From Candidatus Moraniibacteriota bacterium (GTDB lineage: Bacteria > Patescibacteriota > Minisyncoccia > Moranbacterales > GCA-2747515), in NCBI GenBank assembly GCA_046116545.1, contig CP175956.1, forward strand, positions 1,558 through 65,557: a DNA stretch of 64,000 bases, read 5' to 3'. Position numbers and translations under genes: made by a program. How positions within the stretch are numbered: the stretch's first letter is position 1; each line of letters starts with the position of its first letter. Of this stretch, positions 45,595-56,237 are shown one piece after another. The notes below the pieces were generated by a model. That model made no database searches. It was not told the DNA's origin and saw only the letters and a program-made list of their open reading frames with translations.

Positions 45595-47136
45595 CTACAT
45601 TTTCCTCAAAATTGCAATGCTTCCAAAAAATACCCAAACAAATCCAAGTAATAAACCTGCATTAAATAAATTTGGCACAATTATTGCAACAACTCCGAGT
45701 AATGCAAAGATTGCAACTGATTTCTCCCTCATATTTGTAGATATTTTCAAAACTTTAATTGCGAAGATGCTAACTGTACAAAAAAACATTATTAACATTA
45801 TTACTCCCAGAATACCTATAGATAGTGTTGTTTCCAAAAATATATTACTGGCATTCAGAGGTGTACCACTCTCATCATTGCCAAGTATTTTGTTACTACT
45901 TCCCCATCCATATCCGAACCATGGCTTTAACTTAATTTTTTCTAATACCTGATTATATACATCTGTTCGGACCGATATATTTGGATCTATTCTATGTATT
46001 TTTATCACCTCATTTCCAATTGATATTTCACTATCTATTTCCTCCAAGTTTATATGTCGACAATTATATTGCGTCAACTCACTCACATCATTAATTTTTG
46101 TAGGGATAGTGCCTTGTGCCTGTCCATTAGATACACAAGAAATAGTAATTTCTTGTAATCCCGTGTTTGTACTTTGTAATCTATTTCCAAGTTCAAATGT
46201 AGTTAAGCTAAATGCAAATACGATAATTAAACCAAGTAGTGCAGTACTAAAAATCCAAAATACGTGCTTAGCAAATAACTTATACTTTTTCTGAAAAAAC
46301 AACATGATGCCATAAACTATTATGACTGCAGCTACACCAACCCAAGCACTACGAGCAACAGTAATTATAAGTGCTGTGAAAAAAATAGTCATTGTCCCAA
46401 ACAGTGCAATATCAAAAAATTTCCAAATATGTTTGTGATACGTGTTGTAATACAAATAAGCTAACGCTGTCGCAATTAAAAATACAATATAAACACCTAG
46501 CCAATCAGGTTCTGCAAATGTTGCATTTGGTCGTCCTGGCATAATTTCCATATGATTTCCACCAGATTTATACAAAATATTTTGTGCTATAGCATACAAA
46601 CTAATAACAACTCCACTAGAAATTATTATCGGAAATAATGCTAATATATCTTTTTTATTTCTTACAAAAATTCTTGTTATGTAGTACAGAAATGCAAAAG
46701 AAGCTACTACAATAGTTTGTTTTGCAGAAGCTTGCGTGTCTATAAATAAAATATTAATAAAACCAATTAAAACAAAAAGTCCTATAAACGTATCAAAAAT
46801 ATTCCAAAGCATAAATCGCTGCATGGAATTCCCAACTGCCTTACGAAGTACGACAGCAACGAAAAGAATCACCCCAATCAATTGATAAGGTCTCACCATC
46901 AAATCAATATTGTTTGTGGAGATATCTATTATTTCAAGTGGTATAACTCCCACGAAAAGTACAAAAGCAATAATAGGATTGTATAGAGCAACAGCAAATA
47001 TAACAGCAACTGCTATCGAAAATTCAATCAAAGAAATACTACTGAGAAATCCAAAATGATACAAAAAAATCAAACCTGCAACAACAATTACATTTGCAAC
47101 AGTTAATATTCTCTTGTGTGATGTTAATATATTCAT
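45595..47136 (-). CDS. O-antigen ligase/Wzy-like membrane protein
   Basis: Many TM helices; RPNATFAEPDWLG, TVARSAW, PWFGYGWG. Confidence 0.88.
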   Translation of the reverse strand: MNILTSHKRILTVANVIVVAGLIFLYHFGFLSSISLIEFSIAVAVIFAVALYNPIIAFVLFVGVIPLEIIDISTNNIDLMVRPYQLIGVILFVAVVLRKAVGNSMQRFMLWNIFDTFIGLFVLIGFINILFIDTQASAKQTIVVASFAFLYYITRIFVRNKKDILALFPIIISSGVVISLYAIAQNILYKSGGNHMEIMPGRPNATFAEPDWLGVYIVFLIATALAYLYYNTYHKHIWKFFDIALFGTMTIFFTALIITVARSAWVGVAAVIIVYGIMLFFQKKYKLFAKHVFWIFSTALLGLIIVFAFSLTTFELGNRLQSTNTGLQEITISCVSNGQAQGTIPTKINDVSELTQYNCRHINLEEIDSEISIGNEVIKIHRIDPNISVRTDVYNQVLEKIKLKPWFGYGWGSSNKILGNDESGTPLNASNIFLETTLSIGILGVIMLIMFFCTVSIFAIKVLKISTNMREKSVAIFALLGVVAIIVPNLFNAGLLLGFVWVFFGSIAILRKM

Positions 47137-47291
47137 TATTGACAAATTATTTAAAATATAGTATATTTATCTGTTAGTATTTTAACATAAACGTTCAGTA
47201 AAGAAAATCTTTACCTAAACACATACAATAACATTTATTATATATTAATCTACTATTCTAACGAATTAGAATATATCTTAAGGAGCTTGAA

Positions 47292-47654
47292 ATGAAATTG
47301 CTAACACCTACAGATTTATTTCAGAAAAAACAGGAAGAAAAGATGTTTACAATAGTGAGTGGACTTAGTTCCAGCATCAACACCGAACTTGAGATTGCAT
47401 TTGATGAAAATTCTCTTAAGAAGATTGATATGAAAGAAATTACGGCTAAAGTTGATATCAATTCACCAGTAAACGAACTGCAACCACTTAGAGAATCTAT
47501 TACTCTTACTATCAAAGCTATTTGTGAAGAAAGTGAATGGGTTATCATTCCCTACGTAGAAATCTTTATCAACCCTGGACCAAACGGCTATAAATCTTCA
47601 ACAATTACTCTGAGAGGCAATTTCAGACCGAAATCAACCACATTAGATAAATAA
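47292..47654 (+). CDS. Hypothetical protein
   Basis: TTGACA-N17-TATATT (47139-47167), AAGGAG SD, downstream terminator. Confidence 0.75.
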   Translation: MKLLTPTDLFQKKQEEKMFTIVSGLSSSINTELEIAFDENSLKKIDMKEITAKVDINSPVNELQPLRESITLTIKAICEESEWVIIPYVEIFINPGPNGYKSSTITLRGNFRPKSTTLDK

Positions 47655-47721
47655 CATAAAACCAGCACACATTACACAATAATTGTATTAATGTCCCTGC
47701 TGGTTTTTTATTTATCTTTAA

Positions 47722-47759
47722 GTAGCAACTAGGTCGCTAAACCTAGCGACCTAGTTGCT
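47722..47759. repeat. GTAG-type REP-like palindrome
   Basis: gtagcaactaggtcgcta-aacc-tagcgacctagttgct. Confidence 0.65.
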
Positions 47760-47849
47760 GTATTGCTATAATATTTCAACACGCAAAACAATCTTTATGC
47801 CATGAAGGTCGACACTGGGTTGGACCTTGTCCTAAATATCTTTAATTAT

Positions 47850-47917
47850 GTAGGGACGCCCCTTGTGGGTGTCCTAGTTGTTACAATAAAAAAGACAGGC
47901 ACAAGACCTGTCACTAC
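47850..47917. repeat. REPIN-like inverted REP pair, copy 1
   Basis: gtagggacgccccttgtgggtgtcc...gacaggcacaagacctgtcactac; copy 2 at 58224. Confidence 0.8.
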
Positions 47918-47943
47918 ATTCTATATCACTAATAAGTTTTATC

Positions 47944-48390
47944 TTACCAACCACACTCACTATAATATTTCTTATCTTTCATGCCATCGATTGCTTGTCT
48001 TATATATGGTATAACATTCTCTGGAAGATTATCTATATCAAACCACTCTAAATCATCACATTTTGTTGGTTCTTTATTTACAATTTCACCTTGCCATTTT
48101 TTTGCAACAAAAAACACATCCACTCTTTCATTATTTCCCTGAGTACCTGAATCACGATGCATTGTGTGAACTACTTTTGCATCCTCAGGCTCTACCAATA
48201 CACCAATTTCTTCCTCTATTTCTCTCACAACACATTGTGTAAAGTTTTCTCCTAAATCTACATGTCCAGCTGGTAAAGAATAATTACCATCTTCATATCC
48301 AGTATTAAAACGTCTCAACAATAAAGTCTTATTTTCTTTTAATAACATCATATAAGATGCTGGAATATTTGAATGTCTCTTTTTTACCAT
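47944..48390 (-). CDS. NUDIX hydrolase
   Basis: PAGHVDLGE...REIEEEIG Nudix box; NKEPTKC. Confidence 0.92.
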   Translation of the reverse strand: MVKKRHSNIPASYMMLLKENKTLLLRRFNTGYEDGNYSLPAGHVDLGENFTQCVVREIEEEIGVLVEPEDAKVVHTMHRDSGTQGNNERVDVFFVAKKWQGEIVNKEPTKCDDLEWFDIDNLPENVIPYIRQAIDGMKDKKYYSECGW

Positions 48391-48394
48391 AATT

Positions 48395-49549
48395 TTATTT
48401 TCCACACATAATATCACAAATTCCAGATATAAATCCATCCCAAGAAAATTGTTTTGATCTTTCTTTTCCTGCCAGACTCATCTTCTTTAATTTTTCATCA
48501 TCCTTTAATAGTTCTTCCATTTTATCACAAAGCAACTGGTCATCATGCTCTACATATTCCACTGCATCACCACCTACCTCAGCTAATGAAGAATTATTTG
48601 CTGTTAATACTGGAGTCCCCACATTCATTGCTTCTAGTACTGGCATTCCAAATCCTTCATATTTTGATGGAAAGACAAACAGCTTTGCGCCTTTATACAA
48701 TGATGGTAAATCTTCTTGTGGTACAAATCCTAAAATTTCAACCTTATTTTCAATTCCTAAATCTTTTACGATTTTTTCAACATCTGTTACAAGTGGTGCT
48801 AGCTGTGGCATTAATTTTCCACTCACAACCAACTTAGGCATATTTTCATCTTTTTCAATCAACAATTTATATGCTCGCAAAACTCTATCAACATCCTTTC
48901 TCATTTCAAGTCCACCTCCATAATAAATATAACCTTTTTCTAATTTATATTTATCCATAGCCTTTTCTAATTTTTCATCAGATATTTCTTCTAGAAAAAT
49001 TGGATCAATAGCAATCGGCTCAACTGCTATTTTTGCAGCTTTTATGTTTAACTTTGTTTCTAAATCAGTTTTTGTATGTTCTGAAACAGTTATTATCTTA
49101 TTTGAAGAATACATTCCCTTCTCCACAAATTGCCAATACATTTTTTTACGCAAGTTATTCAAATATTCAGGAAAAATATGTGGTATCACATCATGCACGA
49201 TCATCACATGTTTCATATCAGTATATTTAATAACAGTTGCTGATTGATACATACTCAATAATACATCACAACCATCTTGCCTAGCTCTACGTGGCAACCA
49301 ATATTTTTCCCACAATAATTTACGAAATAAATCATCTCGCTTATATACTCTTGGCAAAAATTTTCTCTTATAAAAGTTCTTTGGCAAATCGATATCACAA
49401 CTATCTTCACAATAAACAAAAAATTTATGATTTTTCATCGACTTATCCTCTTCCGCTTTACGGGCAATTTCATGTAAAACATGAGTGGTAACTTGTCCAA
49501 TTCCAGTATATTGCTTACGCAAAAACGAAGCATTAATTCCTATATTCAT
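48395..49549 (-). CDS. Glycosyltransferase family 4
   Basis: MNIGINAS...TGIG; PSKYEGFGMPVLEAM. Confidence 0.93.
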   Translation of the reverse strand: MNIGINASFLRKQYTGIGQVTTHVLHEIARKAEEDKSMKNHKFFVYCEDSCDIDLPKNFYKRKFLPRVYKRDDLFRKLLWEKYWLPRRARQDGCDVLLSMYQSATVIKYTDMKHVMIVHDVIPHIFPEYLNNLRKKMYWQFVEKGMYSSNKIITVSEHTKTDLETKLNIKAAKIAVEPIAIDPIFLEEISDEKLEKAMDKYKLEKGYIYYGGGLEMRKDVDRVLRAYKLLIEKDENMPKLVVSGKLMPQLAPLVTDVEKIVKDLGIENKVEILGFVPQEDLPSLYKGAKLFVFPSKYEGFGMPVLEAMNVGTPVLTANNSSLAEVGGDAVEYVEHDDQLLCDKMEELLKDDEKLKKMSLAGKERSKQFSWDGFISGICDIMCGK

Positions 49550-49726
49550 ATACCCCCAATAATTAACTAATTTAATTTCACAAATACAGATACTATCATT
49601 ATATAACAATAGTAGCAAGTAAGAAAGGTATATAAAAGATTGATTGTTTTACATTTATATAGTAGTCTTATTTCAAATGTATCCTAAATAGTAACTTTAA
49701 CAATACAAAAAAGGAGTGTCCACAAC

Positions 49727-50242
49727 ATGCTAACTTTAATAAATAGTTTTAATGTTTTACGTTTGGATAATTTTTTATTACGAACCACAAAAATCATGGC
49801 TAATAAAATTACTAAACTAACTGGCTTAAATAACTTTCAGATATCATCGTTATGTATGTTATTAGCAATTCCAGTTATGTATATTGGATCAACATCCGCT
49901 TACTATATTCTTAAAATTTCAGGAGTCACGCCATTACAAGTAGCGCAGATAAACATAACATTTACAATCATTATATTATTTTTCACTTTAATGGTTGTTG
50001 CAACAAATTGGATAACTGAGAGGTCTCACAATAAAGGTGATGACTTTCTCCTTGGGTCTGCACCTATTTACCGATACATGTGGTTATTTACAAGTATCTT
50101 TGGAGCAATGATGACTATTGCTATTTGGTGTCTATGCAAAGAATTTAGCCTCGTACATTATTTCTTTACTGTACTTACAATTACTTTTGCAATAGCTATG
50201 TATTTTACACACTGCAATAACTATTTTATTGATGAAGTTTAA
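49727..50242 (+). CDS. Hypothetical membrane protein
   Basis: AAGGAG SD, 4 TM, downstream hairpin. Confidence 0.75.
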   Translation: MLTLINSFNVLRLDNFLLRTTKIMANKITKLTGLNNFQISSLCMLLAIPVMYIGSTSAYYILKISGVTPLQVAQINITFTIIILFFTLMVVATNWITERSHNKGDDFLLGSAPIYRYMWLFTSIFGAMMTIAIWCLCKEFSLVHYFFTVLTITFAIAMYFTHCNNYFIDEV

Positions 50243-50356
50243 ATTATGATATAACACAAAGTCCTATAGGGAACCACCTACAGGACTTTTTTTATTTGTC
50301 AAAAAAACTATATGATATATACTACTGGGTAGCTTAATAAGTTATCAAATTTAATT

Positions 50357-51631
50357 ATGAAAAAACAAACTGTAGCAGTTATTGGACTTGGTTATGTTGG
50401 ACTTCCTCTTGCTGTACGAACTCAAGAACGTGGCTATAATGTAATTGGAATTGAACTTGATGAAAAAAAAGTTGAACTTATCAATAAACAAGAGTCTCCT
50501 ATAGAAGAAGAATATTTATATGAAAATTTACCCAAATTTCCTATCAAAGCAACTAGCGATGCGAAGGAAATTAAAAAAGCAGATATTATTCTTATTTGTG
50601 TTCCCACTCCAGTGGACGCGTCTTACAGTCCCGATCTTGGACCAGTGCGAGGTGCTTGCGAAATGACTGCAAATAATTTGAAAAAAGGAGCTTTGGTTGT
50701 ACTTGAATCAACCGTAAACCCTGGTGTATCTGAAGAGGTTGTTCGTCCAATATTTGAAGCACATGGATTTAAAATTGGGACAGATGTTTTCATTGCGCAT
50801 TGCCCTGAGCGTATTAACCCAGGTGACCCTGTGTGGAATGTCACAAATATCCCTAGAGTTGTTGGAGCCTTCACAAAAAAAGGACTCACAAAAGCCACTG
50901 ATTTTTATGAATCAATAATAGATGGTGCAATTCGTCCAATGAAACATATTCGAGAAGCTGAAGCTGTTAAAGTTGTAGAAAACTCTTTCCGTGATGTAAA
51001 TATTGCTTTTGTAAACGAACTTGCAAAATCTTTTGATGCACTTGATATTGATGTAAAAGATGTAATTGATGGAGCTAGTACAAAACCATTTGCATTTATG
51101 CCTCACTACCCTTCTTGTGGTATTGGTGGTCATTGTATACCTGTTGATCCTTACTATTTAATAGAACGTGCAAAACAAGCTGGCTTTGACCATAAATTTC
51201 TAAGAACATCTCGTACAATAAATAATTCAATGCCCGAATATACAGTAGAACTATTACAAGATAAATTAAATGAGGTGAAGATGCCTCTAAATGGAACTAA
51301 TGTTGGCATACTAGGGATTGCATACAAAGCAAATGTTGATGATGACAGAGAGTCTCCTTACTATGATATTGTAAAAGCATTGGAGGGTCATGGAGCAAAA
51401 GTTCATTCATTTGATCCACACATCAAAGAAAAATCATCTGTTAAAACTCTTGCAACACTCTTGAAAAAATCAGATGCTATAATACTTGTTACAAATCACA
51501 GAGAATTTGAAGATGTGAATGGAGCACTTCTTAAAAAGAATGGTATTAAGGTAATAATTGATGGAAAGAATATCCTTGATAAGAAAGACATTGAAAAAAA
51601 TAAGGTTATTTACAAAGGAATTGGACGATAA
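50357..51631 (+). CDS. UDP-N-acetylhexosamine 6-dehydrogenase (WecC/TviB family)
   Basis: GLGYVGLP, CVPTP, ESTV, PERINPG, GIGGHCIPVDP. Confidence 0.93.
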   Translation: MKKQTVAVIGLGYVGLPLAVRTQERGYNVIGIELDEKKVELINKQESPIEEEYLYENLPKFPIKATSDAKEIKKADIILICVPTPVDASYSPDLGPVRGACEMTANNLKKGALVVLESTVNPGVSEEVVRPIFEAHGFKIGTDVFIAHCPERINPGDPVWNVTNIPRVVGAFTKKGLTKATDFYESIIDGAIRPMKHIREAEAVKVVENSFRDVNIAFVNELAKSFDALDIDVKDVIDGASTKPFAFMPHYPSCGIGGHCIPVDPYYLIERAKQAGFDHKFLRTSRTINNSMPEYTVELLQDKLNEVKMPLNGTNVGILGIAYKANVDDDRESPYYDIVKALEGHGAKVHSFDPHIKEKSSVKTLATLLKKSDAIILVTNHREFEDVNGALLKKNGIKVIIDGKNILDKKDIEKNKVIYKGIGR

Positions 51632-51755
51632 TTGTAGTGCTTCCAAAAAATACTGGCGAACATATCATAATGTTCGCCTTTTATTTACTAATATCATCTT
51701 CACTTAACTACACTTCACCAAAATCAGTAGCAAAAATATATTTTAAAACTTCACA

Positions 51756-51880
51756 CCTCCTCCCTTTTGAAGGGGAGGTACCCGACAGGGTGGAGGGGTT
51801 AGAATGATGACAATAAACTTTATTTTAGCAAAGTCCCCTCTGTCCTACGGACATCTCCCCCTTTAAAAATGGGAGAGGTT
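51756..51880. repeat. GC-rich composite palindromic element
   Basis: cctcctccct..aggggagg..ggaggggtt facing cccctc..ctccccc..gggagagg. Confidence 0.6.
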
Positions 51881-51901
51881 AGTTGAAAATGGTATAAAAA
51901 A

Positions 51902-52067
51902 GAAAAAACCAACCTTTCATAGGAAAGGTTGGTTAGGAGGGCTGATTGTCACAGACATTGCACTAAACTCTAACTAGAGATGAGACGCAAAAAATGCGAA
52001 AAAGGAGGAGACACATTTTCTGCAAGCAGAGCTTTGTGTGTGCTGTTTCCTTACGACTACCAGCTGT
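51902..52067 (-). ncRNA. Candidate small RNA
   Basis: TTGACA-N17-TATACT (52102-52074), long hairpin with UCUCCUCCUUUUU loop, intrinsic terminator 51903-51934. Confidence 0.55.
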
Positions 52068-52203
52068 GAACAAAGTATATAGCAAATTAAACATTTTGTC
52101 AAGTGTTTATACTAGTGTATAATGTAGACAATGACCTATAATTGATGTATACTACATCAATTCAATACTGACTAAAAATATATCTAATTATTAGAGAAAA
52201 TTC

Positions 52204-53160
52204 ATGAAATTGATTATAAATATACCAGCATACAATGAATCTGAGGCAATTGGTAAGACTATAAAAAACTTACCTCGAGACTTCGATGGAATTGATGAAG
52301 TATTAGTTCAAGTTGTTGATGATGGCTCAAAGGATGGTACTGCTGATATTTCCAGAGAGGCTGGTGCAGATATCGTAATATCACATTCAACTAACAGACG
52401 TCTTGGTGAAGTGTTTAATACTGCTGTTGAAAGTGCTTTGGAAAATGGTGCTGATATTATGGTAAATATCGATGCTGATGGTCAATTTGATTCTGGAGAA
52501 ATTGTATCTTTACTAAAACCAATTTTTGATGGAAAAGCTGATATGACCGTTGGTGATAGATTCAAAGCTGGAAGTGCTGACGGAATACCAGTTATAAAAA
52601 ATACACTAAACAAACTTGGTGCCAAAATTGTTGGTAAGTTTCTAAATACAGAAATTGATGATTTAACTTGTGGCTTCCGAGCACATAATCGTGAAACCTT
52701 ACTTAAACTAAATAAAGTTAGTGGCTTCACGTATACTCAAGAAACTATAATTGATGCCATTGGTAAAAATCTTAAAATCACATGGGTACCTGTAACTGTA
52801 AAGTATTTTGAAGGACGGCAGTCACGTGTTGTTAAAAGTGTATGGAAATTCGTAAATAATAGTGCAAAAATTATTATAAAAGCAATGAGAGATGTACGGC
52901 CAATGAAATTCTTTGGTATTCCTGGGGTTATAATCATGACTGCTGCATTCATCACATTTACAATTTTCTTGATTTTGTATATTCCAGAGTTACACGTGAC
53001 ACCTTATAGAAATTACTTATTCACTTCAATTGCCCTACTACTCGTTGGTATGCAATTTCTAATATTTGCACTTATCGCTGATATGATCAAATCAAACAGA
53101 CAACTAACTGAAGATATGATGTATCAGATTAAAAAGCAAAAATACGAACAAAAAAAATAA
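52204..53160 (+). CDS. Glycosyltransferase family 2, polyprenol-phosphate (DPM1-like)
   Basis: IPAYNE, VDDGSKDGT, DADGQ, two C-terminal TM. Confidence 0.92.
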   Translation: MKLIINIPAYNESEAIGKTIKNLPRDFDGIDEVLVQVVDDGSKDGTADISREAGADIVISHSTNRRLGEVFNTAVESALENGADIMVNIDADGQFDSGEIVSLLKPIFDGKADMTVGDRFKAGSADGIPVIKNTLNKLGAKIVGKFLNTEIDDLTCGFRAHNRETLLKLNKVSGFTYTQETIIDAIGKNLKITWVPVTVKYFEGRQSRVVKSVWKFVNNSAKIIIKAMRDVRPMKFFGIPGVIIMTAAFITFTIFLILYIPELHVTPYRNYLFTSIALLLVGMQFLIFALIADMIKSNRQLTEDMMYQIKKQKYEQKK

Positions 53161-53268
53161 CCGCAGCTACACATATGTGTTTGCTACGGTTATATACCTA
53201 ACTTATCATTCATCTCCACTACCACAATAACTAGCAACGGACTCTTTTAATTATTTAGCCTCTCGCTC

Positions 53269-53850
53269 TTAGTTTTGGTTTTCATAAAACTCATCTATAG
53301 CTTCTAATCCTTCTTTATGTGCCACATTGAATTCAAGAAGAGAATGTGTATTCAACGGAATTAAATTAGAAGTTACAGTACGCTTATGAAAGTCTTGAAA
53401 AGCTCGCAGTACACCAATTAATTTTTCCAAGTTTTCCTGAACAGCTTCATACGAGCTCTTTGCTGATTCTTTTTCTAAAGCAGGTAGATTCATGTATGCA
53501 TTAAGAAATGCTCTCAAGATCGATTTAAACTCTTCTTCTATCGAAATCAACACATCAGACTGAACGCCTTCATTCATAAAATTCAGCATGTTTTGCTCTA
53601 CAGCTCCCATATGTCGCTGAAACGACTCCATATTAGATGTAACGATATGGTCACTTCCGTCAATAGCCTTATCAAAGGTCTTTTGCAACAACGATATTGC
53701 TGCATCAACAAGCTTAACATTATGCCTCACACGAATACACTCATTGGTCTTTGCTAACATATTTACTGCACGTATTGCAATCCACGTTGATCCCACGAAA
53801 CCACCTGCCAATATTATTAGCACTATCTTATATGTATTTTCTTCAATCAT
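53269..53850 (-). CDS. Hypothetical membrane-anchored protein
   Basis: AAGGAG SD; TTGACA-N17-TATGAT at 53962-53934. Confidence 0.75.
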   Translation of the reverse strand: MIEENTYKIVLIILAGGFVGSTWIAIRAVNMLAKTNECIRVRHNVKLVDAAISLLQKTFDKAIDGSDHIVTSNMESFQRHMGAVEQNMLNFMNEGVQSDVLISIEEEFKSILRAFLNAYMNLPALEKESAKSSYEAVQENLEKLIGVLRAFQDFHKRTVTSNLIPLNTHSLLEFNVAHKEGLEAIDEFYENQN

Positions 53851-53955
53851 CTCAATTTCTCCTTATTAAGATAAATTTTATAAATATATGCTACACTTAT
53901 TTATGTAACATTTTCTTAAAAGAACAACTGATTATCATAACATTAAATCTTCATT

Positions 53956-55047
53956 ATGTCAATATCTCAAAAAAATAATCTTAAAATCTTATTTATTTCT
54001 AGAGCGTATCCACCGGTAGTTGGTGGGATTGAAAATCAAAATTATGAACTTTCTCAGTGGCTACCCAAGATAACTCCAACAAAAACAATTGCCAATACAC
54101 ATGGTAAAAAGTTTTTACCTTTTTTCTTAATTCGACTATTTGCGACACTCCCCTTTACCGCATCAAAATATGATGTGATTCTTTTGGGTGATGGAGTATT
54201 AGGAATAGTTTCTTGGTGGATCAAACTTTTTAACAAGCAAACAAAGATTGCTTGTATTGTGCATGGTCTTGATTTAACTTATAAAAATACCTTCTATCAA
54301 AAATATTGGGTTAATAAATTCATACCCACTTGCGACAAATTAATTGCTGTTGGAAATCAAACAATCATAGAAGGTGTAGCTCGTGGCATTAATAAAGATA
54401 AATTCACATTCATACCTAATGGTGTTCATCCTGAAAAATTCATTCATGATGATATTGATAGAAATGAAATATTCAATATTATTGGCAATGAGTACAGGGA
54501 TAAAAAAATACTTCTAACTTTTGGAAGACTAGCTCGCAGAAAAGGTGTTGCATGGTTTATTAGAAACGTATTACCTAATTTATCTGATGATATTACTTAC
54601 ATTGTTGCTGGCACTGGACCAGATAAAGAAAATATAGAAAATGCTATACAAGAAAACCACTTGCAAAAAAGAGTTATTATGATGGGCTATGTTGATGATG
54701 CTACACGCGACAAAATCTTTGCTGGTGCAGATTTATTTATACAAGCAAATATCAAGGTTGAAGGAGATATGGAAGGTTTCGGTATTAGTGTTATTGAATC
54801 AGGTGTAAGTGGAATCCCTGTCCTAGCATCAAGGCTTGAAGGATTGAAAGATGCCATAAACGATGGTAAAAATGGTATCCAAGTTGAAGCTGAAAATCCT
54901 GATGATTGGGAAAATAAAATAACACATGCTCTTTCTGATGATTTTAATAGAAAAGAATTTGGCTTAACTGCAAGAAAATATATTGTGGAAAATTTAAGTT
55001 GGGATAAAGTTTCAAAGCTTTATTATACAATACTAAAAAGCATATAA
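53956..55047 (+). CDS. Glycosyltransferase family 4
   Basis: YPPVVGGIE, GRLARRKG, EGFGISVIE. Confidence 0.92.
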   Translation: MSISQKNNLKILFISRAYPPVVGGIENQNYELSQWLPKITPTKTIANTHGKKFLPFFLIRLFATLPFTASKYDVILLGDGVLGIVSWWIKLFNKQTKIACIVHGLDLTYKNTFYQKYWVNKFIPTCDKLIAVGNQTIIEGVARGINKDKFTFIPNGVHPEKFIHDDIDRNEIFNIIGNEYRDKKILLTFGRLARRKGVAWFIRNVLPNLSDDITYIVAGTGPDKENIENAIQENHLQKRVIMMGYVDDATRDKIFAGADLFIQANIKVEGDMEGFGISVIESGVSGIPVLASRLEGLKDAINDGKNGIQVEAENPDDWENKITHALSDDFNRKEFGLTARKYIVENLSWDKVSKLYYTILKSI

Positions 55048-55106
55048 AAAAAGGTCGATAATATTATTATCGACCTTCATCATCTAACGCTTTTTTTCAA
55101 TACTAC

Positions 55107-55505
55107 TCAATAACCTGGAGGAGCTGCTACAATGACATATCCTCCACTTGACACTGGTTGATAGTAGACACCATCGGAAACGATGTATGTCGTATTTTGC
55201 ACCACCACGGTATTGTGTCTTGGTGGCAATGTTGCAATAGCTGTTCCTATTACAATTCCTGTCGCAATACCCATTCCAACCCTTGCTACTGGATGCATGC
55301 CATGTCTATAATACCTATCGTTATGCCTGTGCCTATTACCATTCCTGTTCACATTAACATTCACATTTTTATTCACATTTCTGTTAACATTTACATTTTT
55401 ATTTCTATTGCCACGACCATCTCTGCGTGCACTTGCAAAACCAGCACTAGTAACAACAAATATAATAATAAGAACGGTTGCCACACTTTTTTTATACTTA
55501 ATCAT
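55107..55505 (-). CDS. Secreted protein with NVN/R-rich repeats (DUF6515-like)
   Basis: Signal peptide; LPP...VVVQNTTY..DGVYYQP...YVIVAAP. Confidence 0.75.
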   Translation of the reverse strand: MIKYKKSVATVLIIIFVVTSAGFASARRDGRGNRNKNVNVNRNVNKNVNVNVNRNGNRHRHNDRYYRHGMHPVARVGMGIATGIVIGTAIATLPPRHNTVVVQNTTYIVSDGVYYQPVSSGGYVIVAAPPGY

Positions 55506-55552
55506 CTCCTTCTCCTTTTTTTATGTAATGATTATTTTTTAAAATATAGCTT

Positions 55553-56083
55553 CTATATTATGTGAATAAAATCGAGCACACCTTTTAAACGTGGATCTTC
55601 CTTTGCTTGTTTCAAATCTGCAACATACAATTTGTCCTGCTCGTTACATTTGCCACTTATTCGGCTATGGTTAATCCAAGTGCACCCATTTGGGACGCTT
55701 AGATCATCTCCTGTATAAATGCAATTTATACCTACATCTTTGCACCACTTAGCAAATCCGTAAAAACCTTCTCTATACGTTTCAGAATCCTCAAGAACAA
55801 CTGATATTGTTGAAAATAATACTGGAAACACATGAGAGATTCCCACTTGCTTATTTCTCTCATATTTTTTCAAGGCTATACCCGTTGAACTACTTGGAAA
55901 AACCTTCAGAACATCACAAAGTACAATTGCTTGATCTGACATTAAATGACTTCTCATTAAATACAAGCTTTTGTCACCACATTCATACGACCCAATAATA
56001 TCAACCATTGGACTTTGTCCACTCATATTAATATTTCGAACAGCATCAAGAAAACAATTTTCTTGCAATACAGAGTTACTCAT
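55553..56083 (-). CDS. Hypothetical protein
   Basis: AGGAGGT SD. Confidence 0.7.
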   Translation of the reverse strand: MSNSVLQENCFLDAVRNINMSGQSPMVDIIGSYECGDKSLYLMRSHLMSDQAIVLCDVLKVFPSSSTGIALKKYERNKQVGISHVFPVLFSTISVVLEDSETYREGFYGFAKWCKDVGINCIYTGDDLSVPNGCTWINHSRISGKCNEQDKLYVADLKQAKEDPRLKGVLDFIHII

Positions 56084-56237
56084 AATACACACCTCCTAGT
56101 GTATTTTATTTATAAAAATGTTATACTATTTTTAAGGCACTAATTGAATAAATTAGCATATTTAACACTAAAAGTCAATCGTAATTCGCACCTAGAAGTA
56201 CCTACTAGGGTCGATTCTAGATTGTACATTACTCTGC

